Assembly (NCBI GenBank): GCA_048882045.1
Contig: JBHLRZ010000032.1
Coordinates: forward strand, 1-39,745
Direction: 5' to 3'
DNA: 39,745 bases
Source of the DNA: Candidatus Thorarchaeota archaeon
Lineage (GTDB): Archaea > Asgardarchaeota > Thorarchaeia > Thorarchaeales > Thorarchaeaceae
The notes under the pieces are model-generated. The model was not told the origin of the DNA, did not search any database, and saw nothing but the letters and a program-made list of their open reading frames with translations. The translations under genes were made by a program, and so were the position numbers. Below are positions 25,724-34,231 of this stretch, piece by piece (the first letter of the stretch is position 1; each line of letters starts with the position of its first letter).

Positions 25724-26752
25724 TTAGCTCCTTTTATCCTTCTGAAATAATACTCCATACGCTTTCCGTAGTTGTTGGGCTTCGGTCAGATCTTGAGTTC
25801 TGGAAACATCCAGATTCCAGAACCTTCCTAGATATATCAAAGCTTCATCAATCTCTTCAAGGGATTTTGATTTCGTCTTGAGGATATCTCTCATTGTCTT
25901 GAAGAATACAAACAAAAACGGATAGATCCTAGAATATAGATATGGCTCAGCTACATAGCTGTACGGATACCTCTCAATCTTCACAGCTTCATCCACGGAC
26001 CATATTTTCAATCTCTTGTCATAATACCAACCAAGAATTGTAAGGACGATTAACATCGGTAGGGATATCCCAAATATTGCGAAGAATAACTGATATTCCA
26101 ATGATGCTGCTGGAAACAGAATCACCACATAAAGTGCTCCAAAAACAAGAACATCTTGAACAAGACCTGTTAAGTTCTGAATCCAAGTCAACCTAAGCTT
26201 TTGAGTTTCAAATGCGAGTTTCACCCTACTACGAATTGGTATCTTGGTTTGAATTTGAACTTCAAACTCCTTGAAGGGATTATTCTCCATGTACTTTTGT
26301 GCAGCCTTTTCCATTGCCCTGATATCTCTCTTATCTGGCTTTGATTGAAAGAATTCATCCATGAAATGAATCAGATCACTCATTCTTTGGATATCATGTC
26401 CGATACTGTTTGCTACATCCTTCATTACTTGAATAAGGGTATAGAATATCGGATACTCCATTGTCAAACTTTTGTAATTCGGAACATAGTAGAATGGATT
26501 TCTTTCGGCTGAGGCTTGCATCATTTGACTCCACATTCTGGCCTTCTGATCGTACCACCAACCAACGCCAAGAAAGACAAAAATCAGAATGACCCCCAAA
26601 GAAAGTGCACCAATCCAACCTAAATCCGCAAGTACTGGAACATATCCAAAATAGTATCTCCCAAGTACCAACATTCCAAGACCAAGACTAGCGAGAGCTC
26701 TAATCGTGCCTATACGCCAGTATTGCTTCATTATCCACTTAGCCTTGGACAT
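25724..26752 (-). CDS. Uncharacterised membrane protein (two tandem copies of the same domain)
   Basis: Internal duplication GWWYDQKARMW...ERNPFYYVP / GWYYDKRLKIW...ERYPYSYVA; start ATG 26752 after GGAG. Confidence 0.8.
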   Translation of the reverse strand: MSKAKWIMKQYWRIGTIRALASLGLGMLVLGRYYFGYVPVLADLGWIGALSLGVILIFVFLGVGWWYDQKARMWSQMMQASAERNPFYYVPNYKSLTMEYPIFYTLIQVMKDVANSIGHDIQRMSDLIHFMDEFFQSKPDKRDIRAMEKAAQKYMENNPFKEFEVQIQTKIPIRSRVKLAFETQKLRLTWIQNLTGLVQDVLVFGALYVVILFPAASLEYQLFFAIFGISLPMLIVLTILGWYYDKRLKIWSVDEAVKIERYPYSYVAEPYLYSRIYPFLFVFFKTMRDILKTKSKSLEEIDEALIYLGRFWNLDVSRTQDLTEAQQLRKAYGVLFQKDKRS

Positions 26753-26834
26753 GTTCGTACGACTCCATATTGATTCCAAATGGCTTGGATGTGTCACGCT
26801 ATTTAATCTATTCTAGAATTTGGATGTTGTACTA

Positions 26835-27764
26835 TCAACTCTCCTTCCTATCACCTTTATGAGTCCAATCGACGAAGTCATACGTTGGAGGTCGTATAGC
26901 TAGAACTTCTTTTGATATTTCTTCAATATATGGCTCTTCAGATTCGGTGTATAGATTCTCATGGTATTTCTCACCGAATTCAGGTGATCCATATACTATC
27001 TTTCCAGGTTTTGACTGCTTAGTAAGCCATTCTTCAGCAACATCCACAATCTTACGGATATCATCCTCTCCAAGTGCTGGGATAAAGATGTCTCCACCTT
27101 TCATATTCTCAAAAGATTCCATCACAAATTTCACAGCACGATCAATGGAAATGAAATATCGAGTCATTGCTGGATCTGTCACAAGAATAGTTCCATCTTT
27201 TTCTAGTTGCTTGGCCCAAGCCTCAAAGACATTCCCCCTTGTTTCTCTGACATTAGGAAATCGGACAGCACTTAGTTTTATGTCTCTAGTTCCCTTGATG
27301 TAGTTTGCAGCTAGAATAAGACGTTCGCCGATAAGTTTCGTAGCTCCCATTAAGCTAGTTGGATTCACTGCTTTATCAGTGCTGATGTATACAAATTTCT
27401 CAACAGTATTAGAAGCAAATGCGGCTCGAATTACATTCTGTGTCCCTATCACATTTGTTTCAACTGCATCGAATGGATTATACTCACATAGTGCTACATG
27501 TTTGAGTGCTGCACAATGAAAAACATAGCTGACTCCATGCATTGCTTCTTGAAGTCGTGGATAGTCTCTAACACTTCCAACTAAGAATCTAACATTTCTT
27601 CTACCTTTGAGTTTCTGTTGAAGCATCCATATAGCATACTCATCACTATCAAAGACTCGAACAGTGTAGTCTTTTCCCTTGATACTCAGTAGGTGCTGTA
27701 CCAATGCTGATCCAATTGCACCTGCTCCTCCCGTCACAAGAATAGTGGATTTTGCCTTACTCAT
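26835..27764 (-). CDS. NDP-GlcNAc 4,6-dehydratase (PglF/CapD-type polysaccharide biosynthesis SDR)
   Basis: TGGAGAIG, HCAALKHV..CEYNP, STDKAVNP, MGATK, RFPNV, TDPAMTRYF, GEK.HE. Confidence 0.9.
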   Translation of the reverse strand: MSKAKSTILVTGGAGAIGSALVQHLLSIKGKDYTVRVFDSDEYAIWMLQQKLKGRRNVRFLVGSVRDYPRLQEAMHGVSYVFHCAALKHVALCEYNPFDAVETNVIGTQNVIRAAFASNTVEKFVYISTDKAVNPTSLMGATKLIGERLILAANYIKGTRDIKLSAVRFPNVRETRGNVFEAWAKQLEKDGTILVTDPAMTRYFISIDRAVKFVMESFENMKGGDIFIPALGEDDIRKIVDVAEEWLTKQSKPGKIVYGSPEFGEKYHENLYTESEEPYIEEISKEVLAIRPPTYDFVDWTHKGDRKES

Positions 27765-27915
27765 ACGATGTCAATACTGAAGCTGACCATCGTGGTTATG
27801 TTGTTTTCGGTGACTATCAGAGGTTATTATCAAAAGTCCCCGGAAGAGATAACAAATTTGATTCTAATGATAAGAATTCCAGCAACTATGCTACGCTTAA
27901 GTGGGAAAAATGCAA

Positions 27916-29040
27916 CTAAAAGAAGTCGTGTATGGCTTTGCCAATGTATTCGATTTCTTCTTTGGTCATCTGTGAAAATAGTGGAAGTGTAAGGACCTGG
28001 TCAGAAAGTTTCTGCGTTGTTGGTAATAGAACCTCTTCATTCAAAAGACCTTTGAAAACACTATATTGATGTATAGGTTCAAAATAGACTCTTGATGTAA
28101 TACCTCTCTCTGATAGGTGATTTGCAAGAGCATCTCTTTTCTCCTTTCCATCAATTACTCGTATTGTATACATTTGATATACGGCGTAGTATTTTCCACT
28201 TGGCGGTTTTGGAGTAATGATGTCATCTATTGCATTGAGTTGGTTGTGCAAAAGCTGTGCATTCTTCCTACGTTGTTCAATACTAGTATTGACTCTACTA
28301 AGTTGAGAAAGACCAAGCGCAGCCAATATTGTTGACATCCGAAAGTTGTGTCCCACATCAATATAGTCCAAACTTTTCACGTCAGCGAAATAATCTCCAC
28401 TCACAACGCGACCGTACGACCTGAACAATTTGAGTTTCTCATACACCTCATCATCATCCGTCACCACACATCCTCCTTCACTCGTCGTGAAAATTTTGTT
28501 GTGACAGAAGCTGAAGATGGCTGACTCACCGAATGTTCCTACACATTTGCCATCATATTGAGCACCAAATGATTGGGCCGCATCTTCAATGAGAAGTAGG
28601 TTATGCTCGCTCGCCAGCTCTTTTAGGTCATCTATTTTGCATGACATTCCTCCATAGTGAATTGGCATAATAGCTCGCGTCTTTGAAGTTATTCTATTTC
28701 TCACATCGATGGGATCTAGTCCAAAGGTTTCTTCCTCAATATCAGCAAACACAGGTTTTGCATCAACATACATAGGTGCAAAAGCAGTCGCGATGAAAGT
28801 AAATGACGGAACAATGATTTCATCATGTTTCTGAATTCCATGGGCGTTCATTGCAGCGAAGAGTGCTGAACCGCCAGAGTTGAATACAACGCAGTGCTTC
28901 ACGCCTAAATATTCAGCAATCGCTACTTCGAAATCTTCAATTTCTGCTCCAGTACACCAATACTTCCCCGATTTTATTATCCTCTCTATCGCACTGATAT
29001 CTTCATCATCCCAGAATATTCTGAATAGGGGGATTTCCAT
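27916..29040 (-). CDS. DegT/DnrJ/EryC1/StrS PLP-dependent sugar aminotransferase (LegC/PglE-like)
   Basis: PSFTFIATA, IEDAAQSFGA, FSFCHNKIFTTSEGG, LTLPLF. Confidence 0.93.
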   Translation of the reverse strand: MEIPLFRIFWDDEDISAIERIIKSGKYWCTGAEIEDFEVAIAEYLGVKHCVVFNSGGSALFAAMNAHGIQKHDEIIVPSFTFIATAFAPMYVDAKPVFADIEEETFGLDPIDVRNRITSKTRAIMPIHYGGMSCKIDDLKELASEHNLLLIEDAAQSFGAQYDGKCVGTFGESAIFSFCHNKIFTTSEGGCVVTDDDEVYEKLKLFRSYGRVVSGDYFADVKSLDYIDVGHNFRMSTILAALGLSQLSRVNTSIEQRRKNAQLLHNQLNAIDDIITPKPPSGKYYAVYQMYTIRVIDGKEKRDALANHLSERGITSRVYFEPIHQYSVFKGLLNEEVLLPTTQKLSDQVLTLPLFSQMTKEEIEYIGKAIHDFF

Positions 29041-29043
29041 TGT

Positions 29044-29445
29044 CTAATCTCCTCCCTTATTGTGTACTTTTGCAGGAATACCAAATGCTACTGCTCCATC
29101 AGGAATGTCTTTGTTTACAAAGCTTAATGCTCCAATAACTGCATTCTCACCAATTGTTACACCAGGCATTACAACACTGTGAGAACCAATCTTTGCATTT
29201 TTCTTGATGACCACCTTTCCTGTCTTGTTGTCTATTGTTGAGTGAGAGTAAATGGAGCAATGTGAACCGACTTCAACTCCTTCTTGGATTTCAACTCCAT
29301 ATTGTGCATTGATATAGGTGAAAGAACCAATGTCTGTATTTGGTCCCAATTCGAGGTTCTCGTGATACTGGCATTTCCAATGCCATTTTGTCAAACCACC
29401 TTCATCAAATTCTGGAGATCTCCAGTTAGGGAATCGTTCACTCAT
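29044..29445 (-). CDS. Short hexapeptide-repeat acyltransferase
   Basis: VVIKKNAKIGSHSVVMPGVTIGENAVIGALSFVNKDIP....FGIPAK; GGTGAGG upstream of ATG 29445 (ORF extends to 29457). Confidence 0.88.
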   Translation of the reverse strand: MSERFPNWRSPEFDEGGLTKWHWKCQYHENLELGPNTDIGSFTYINAQYGVEIQEGVEVGSHCSIYSHSTIDNKTGKVVIKKNAKIGSHSVVMPGVTIGENAVIGALSFVNKDIPDGAVAFGIPAKVHNKGGD

Positions 29446-29457
29446 TATCCTCACCAT

Positions 29458-30624
29458 TCAGTACGTCATCTTTTTCCGAAGGAGCTTTGCATCCAATTCA
29501 ACTTTGGAAATGATATCAACAATTCTCTTACTTGCATTACCATCTCCGTAAGGTGACTCCTTTCTCATAACGATATCTAGGAATTTCTTGTCCGTGACAG
29601 ATTTTCTTATCGCTTCTTCCAAACTCTGCTTGTCATATCCTACCTCAATAACATTCCGAGCTTTTTCTCTTCCTTTTTGCCTTGTACCAATACAGACGTA
29701 GGGTGTCCCAAGAGATGGAGCTTCAATAATTCCACTACTAGAATTTCCTACAAAAATTGCTGCCATTTCAAGAATCGCAATATAATCAAGGTGTTGTAGA
29801 TTTTCGAATACATGGATATCCGGACTCTTCTCACTGTATCCACGTACTTTTTCTATGATAGCTGTCCCTCCAGGGTAGTCATTAGGAAATATAATCACTA
29901 TCTCCATATCCATTTCATGCGCTACAGTAGATACTGATTGAAGAACAAGATCGACCTGTTGTCCTGATTGTTCCCATTCGGTTGAAGTCGGATGATACAC
30001 AACTAACACGAATGGTTTCCTAGGGATAGCGTACTTTTTTTCCAACATTTCTCTGGTCGGTAGTGTAGTTTTCAAGATTGCATCCAGAGTAAGAGCACCG
30101 ACATTGAACACTCTCCAGGGCTCTTCACCCAGTTTCAATACTCTCCCTTTGCTTTGGTCGCTCATGGTGAAATGGAGATGCGCCATCTTTGTAATAGCAT
30201 GTCTCATCACATGGTCAATATCTCCCATTCCTACATCTCCACCAGCGATATGCGCCACTGGTATATTCATGGTTGTGGCACTAATAGTCGCAGCAAATGG
30301 TTCAATGCGATCTCCAAAAACGACAAGGAGGTCAGGCGAATCTTTTCGAAATACTTTGGAAAATTCAACAATCCCTTTGCCAATTGACATTGCCAAATCA
30401 TATTCGTCGCTCATTGCTTTTGATCCCATATCAATAATATGCGAGATCTTATGACCATCTCTTTCAATCTCCTCAATTGAGTTGCCATAGTCCTTCAAAA
30501 GATGCATGCCTGTTACCAACAACTGAAGTTTGAGATTGGAGTCATTCTCAATAGTTCTTAATAGAGGTTCAAGATATCCATATTCCGCTCGAGTTCCTGT
30601 AACTACTCCAACTATTCTTTTCAT
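29458..30624 (-). CDS. neuC: Hydrolysing UDP/GDP-N-acyl-hexosamine 2-epimerase (NeuC/LegG)
   Basis: TGTRAEYG, TGMHL, GDRIE, HIAGG, RHAITKMAHLHF, GNSSSGIIEAP, GTRQKGRE, YGDGNAS. Confidence 0.93.
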   Translation of the reverse strand: MKRIVGVVTGTRAEYGYLEPLLRTIENDSNLKLQLLVTGMHLLKDYGNSIEEIERDGHKISHIIDMGSKAMSDEYDLAMSIGKGIVEFSKVFRKDSPDLLVVFGDRIEPFAATISATTMNIPVAHIAGGDVGMGDIDHVMRHAITKMAHLHFTMSDQSKGRVLKLGEEPWRVFNVGALTLDAILKTTLPTREMLEKKYAIPRKPFVLVVYHPTSTEWEQSGQQVDLVLQSVSTVAHEMDMEIVIIFPNDYPGGTAIIEKVRGYSEKSPDIHVFENLQHLDYIAILEMAAIFVGNSSSGIIEAPSLGTPYVCIGTRQKGREKARNVIEVGYDKQSLEEAIRKSVTDKKFLDIVMRKESPYGDGNASKRIVDIISKVELDAKLLRKKMTY

Positions 30625-30648
30625 CAATATACTGCTCCTATGTACAAA

Positions 30649-31698
30649 TCATTCTATCATATCCCAAGTGAGCATACTGTCTTCTTGAATCTCTTTGATA
30701 GCTCTTTTCCCTACCACATCTTCGAGGTGCTTTGGAGCGATACCTATACCTGGCCTTTTGATATCAATCATTTCTCTGGTAATTATCGCTCCTTCTGGGA
30801 TTAATGTAATAGACACAAGGCTCTTGCGAGCAATTTCTCTTATCTTGATTTCTTCCTTAGTAGGTTCTTTTATTCCAGTCCCCAATGCAGCTTCAATGTT
30901 TCTAATGGAATCCACTAGTTCGCGAAGTTGATTTGGTTCAAGAGATGCCTTATGGTCCGGTCCAGGGAGATTTCTATCTGTGGTGAAGTGTTTCTCTATC
31001 ATACACGCTCCCATAGCAACTGCAGCTACTGACGCAATTATTCCCATGGTATGGTCTGAAAATCCTACTGGGAGATTAAACTCCCGCTTCAACGTATCCA
31101 TTGCTCTAAGGTTAGAATCTCTGATGTCAGATGGATAATTTGTCAGACAATGAAGTAATAGCAATTCACTTCCTCCAGCCTCTTGAATTGCTTGAACTGC
31201 TTCTCGAACTTCTCGTAAACTGGACATTCCTGTTGAAAGGAAGATTGGTTTTCCTTTCGAGGCAACCAACTTGAGAAAAGGGAGATTTGTCAAGTCTCCA
31301 GATCCTATCTTATACGCTGGCATAATTGAATCGAGAAAATCAATAGCATCCGCAGAGTGTGGAGTTGAAAGGAAAAGGATACCTTTCTCGTCACAATATT
31401 CCTTTAGCTCAACAAATGAATCGTAGGAGAGTTCTAAACGTTTTATCATGTCAAACTGACTGTCATGTTCTCTTGCCTGATCTTTTTGATATTCAGCCAT
31501 AGCAGCTTCTTTTGTTGTGAGATTCTCTGTCTTGAACGTCTGGAATTTGACAGCATCTACGCCCGAGGCTGCGGCATCATCCACAAGTTTCTTTGCTATT
31601 CTCAAATCACCATTGTGATTGACGCCAGCCTCTGCTATTATGAAGACAGGTTCTCCATCACCGATTCGCCTGTTGCCAAATTTGATGCTGTATGACAT
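30649..31698 (-). CDS. neuB: Nonulosonic acid synthase with C-terminal SAF domain (NeuB/LegI)
   Basis: IAEAGVNHNGD, VKFQTF, KIGSGD, STGMS, LHC..NYP, GFSDHT, IEKHFT, GPDH.ASL, KRPG.GI. Confidence 0.95.
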   Translation of the reverse strand: MSYSIKFGNRRIGDGEPVFIIAEAGVNHNGDLRIAKKLVDDAAASGVDAVKFQTFKTENLTTKEAAMAEYQKDQAREHDSQFDMIKRLELSYDSFVELKEYCDEKGILFLSTPHSADAIDFLDSIMPAYKIGSGDLTNLPFLKLVASKGKPIFLSTGMSSLREVREAVQAIQEAGGSELLLLHCLTNYPSDIRDSNLRAMDTLKREFNLPVGFSDHTMGIIASVAAVAMGACMIEKHFTTDRNLPGPDHKASLEPNQLRELVDSIRNIEAALGTGIKEPTKEEIKIREIARKSLVSITLIPEGAIITREMIDIKRPGIGIAPKHLEDVVGKRAIKEIQEDSMLTWDMIE

Positions 31699-31718
31699 AT
31701 TCTCTATCTTCCTTTCTG

Positions 31719-32426
31719 TTAATCGAATTTGAAAAGACCTGATTTCAGAAGATACTCGATGAATCTGAAATCGATTTCTCTATCAATATCTATTGAGGAT
31801 ATCTCATCCATAACAAAGACTCTCTCATTTTCACAATGAAGGCCATTCGCTTTGGAGAGATAATCTCTGTTGTAGATATAGATGGACCCATTAATTTCAT
31901 ACACCTTTGGAGTATCTTGTCTTCTGAAGAATTCCCCTTCGAGTTTCTTTGATAGGTGCGCGTTATCATTATCATCTAGCTCGACCATGTTGAAATAGGG
32001 ATTCTTTTTGGCCTCTGTAACGCTATAGAGAACATCAGCTCTTGTGTTCAAGAATTTTTGCAAAGCACGTTCAATGTCATTTGTTGTCCTTAGAGGAGAT
32101 GTTGGATCAAGATCAACGATCGTATCATAATTGATTCCTTCCTCCTCCTCACAGTATCGCAATGCGTGTTTGATAACTGGAATCTTTGGTGCTGTGTCTG
32201 ATGATAATTCCGCAGGTCGTAGGAACGGTGTTTCAGCACCATATTCACTTGCTATTTTAGCAATTTCTGGTGAATCGGTTGAGCATATGATTCTATCAGC
32301 TTTTCCCCACTTTTTCATGGCCTTTATTGTATAATAAATAAGTGGCCTACCGTCCAGATTTCTAATATTCTTGTTCTTGACTCCTTTTGAGCCGCCCCTT
32401 GCACAGATTGTGCCCAGTATCCTCAT
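31719..32426 (-). CDS. neuA: CMP-nonulosonate synthetase (acylneuraminate cytidylyltransferase, NeuA/LegF)
   Basis: ARGGSKGVKNKN, STDS, RPAELSSD, PTSPLR, RRQD.P..Y.ING, SIDID...DF. Confidence 0.94.
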   Translation of the reverse strand: MRILGTICARGGSKGVKNKNIRNLDGRPLIYYTIKAMKKWGKADRIICSTDSPEIAKIASEYGAETPFLRPAELSSDTAPKIPVIKHALRYCEEEEGINYDTIVDLDPTSPLRTTNDIERALQKFLNTRADVLYSVTEAKKNPYFNMVELDDNDNAHLSKKLEGEFFRRQDTPKVYEINGSIYIYNRDYLSKANGLHCENERVFVMDEISSIDIDREIDFRFIEYLLKSGLFKFD

Positions 32427-32709
32427 ACTACTGCACCTATTCGTATCGCGCTATTTTGATTTGCATTGACTACTTCCTGATGAACTTTCCTTAATGCAAA
32501 CGATTATTCAATTTCAATCGATGCGGCATTGACCATCTAATTCTACGAGTGAAGTATGATTTTGAATGATTTTTCTACACAAAGTTTAAACCAAAAACCA
32601 ATGGTTAAACCTCAATTTACCATTGACTAAGGGAACTAGTTCAACTTTGAGTTACACAACAAGTCAAGTGCAGTTACATACTTCACTTTTCTTCTCAGGA
32701 GAATAACTC

Positions 32710-34134
32710 ATGACTAATGTTAGTGAGATGTTTCAGGAGTTTATCCGGCTTGAGAAAGACATGAATCTCTTTAGGCGTAAGATTCAAGGAGTCCTTTTTT
32801 GGGAACATGTTAGATGCTCGATATTCTTCCTCATATCAGGAATGAAGTCTGAAGAAGTTCCATCAAAGATGAGTAAGATTTCTTTCTTTGAAAGGATGAA
32901 GTTTCATTTATTGTCATTCATTCGAGTGAATAGAAATCCGTTTTTTGGGTTTAGAAAGGATATTCTTTTTTTCTCGAATGCTCGAAGAGTCTTACGAAAG
33001 GATGGAAGATGGTGGGATATATACACAGACTATATCGTCAACCAGCTAGAAATGTCATTTCGCTCAATCGAGCAGAGTATTAGTTTGAAACATCGGATGC
33101 CCGCTAAAACAAGAGGATTGCGTTACATTGATTTCTTGCACTCGCTGTCATACATCCTCCAAAAGCTCAACCTGATCTCATTTTCATTGACTAAGGATGA
33201 AGCAGCGTTCCTTGGTTCCCTTGGGAACGAAATTCGTACACGTTTCCATATTAAGATGGATGTTGAAAACTTCGTTATACAACGTCTTCGCACAAGGAAC
33301 ATTCGTGTCCCATTTTATCAATGGTTATTGCGATGGATAAAACCCAAGGTTACGATTGTTACTACTGACTGTGGAATGGAGGATTTCATCGAAGCTGCTC
33401 GATCGCTTGGAATTCCAGTTATCGAGTTTCAACATGGTAACATATCTCCCTATCATCCGGGATATTCATTCCCAGATGAGCATCAAACAATACGGACATT
33501 TGCAGACTATCTTTTTGTGTTCGGTGACTTTTGGAGGGACATAGCGACATTTCCATTGGATCCTGATCACATCATTAGTGTTGGATTTCCATATCTTGAA
33601 GAAGAAATGCGACTTCACTCAACGGTTGGAAAGAAGCGCCAAATCCTTGTGATTTCACAAAATCTCGTTGGTAAAACATTATCACGATTCGCTGTAGATC
33701 TCTCTAAGTTTCCAGGCTTGAATTATAAAATAGTGTACAAGTTACATCCTGCAGAGTACAAAGATTGGCGTATCAATTATCCTTGGCTGGTTGATTCCGA
33801 GATAGACGTTGTTGATGGTAACGTGCCTTCTCTATACAGGTTATTTGCTGAATCGGAGACTCAGTTGGGTGTTTATTCAACTGCAATATATGAAGGGCTT
33901 GCATTCGGTCTTCGTACGTTTCTACTTGATATGGAGGAAACCCAGCATATGCAAAATCTTCTTGATGTTGGAGTGGTTGAGAAGATATCTTCCATTGAGG
34001 ATTTCATTTCAATAATAGAGAAAGAAGTCGATGTAGAGTCCTTTAATCAAGATGTCTTCTTTAGAAAGGACTCTATTAGAAACATAATCGAGGCAATCAA
34101 GACTATTGCTTTCAACAGGCCAGATATAGAATAA
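32710..34134 (+). CDS. Putative nonulosonate transferase (sialyltransferase/capsule-biosynthesis GT-B-like)
   Basis: VIEFQHG, VFGDFW, LVISQ, YKLHPAE, STAIYEGLAFG. HP and S/T..E motifs are typical of CMP-sugar GT-B transferases; divergent from neuA. Confidence 0.65.
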   Translation: MTNVSEMFQEFIRLEKDMNLFRRKIQGVLFWEHVRCSIFFLISGMKSEEVPSKMSKISFFERMKFHLLSFIRVNRNPFFGFRKDILFFSNARRVLRKDGRWWDIYTDYIVNQLEMSFRSIEQSISLKHRMPAKTRGLRYIDFLHSLSYILQKLNLISFSLTKDEAAFLGSLGNEIRTRFHIKMDVENFVIQRLRTRNIRVPFYQWLLRWIKPKVTIVTTDCGMEDFIEAARSLGIPVIEFQHGNISPYHPGYSFPDEHQTIRTFADYLFVFGDFWRDIATFPLDPDHIISVGFPYLEEEMRLHSTVGKKRQILVISQNLVGKTLSRFAVDLSKFPGLNYKIVYKLHPAEYKDWRINYPWLVDSEIDVVDGNVPSLYRLFAESETQLGVYSTAIYEGLAFGLRTFLLDMEETQHMQNLLDVGVVEKISSIEDFISIIEKEVDVESFNQDVFFRKDSIRNIIEAIKTIAFNRPDIE

Positions 34135-34231
34135 TCAGTTTCATCGCCTTCATGAAGAATTACTCAAGTACTGAGTAAACTATATCAACACCATCAGTTT
34201 TTGGCTTGTCCAACTATTCGGAGTTCCCCAT

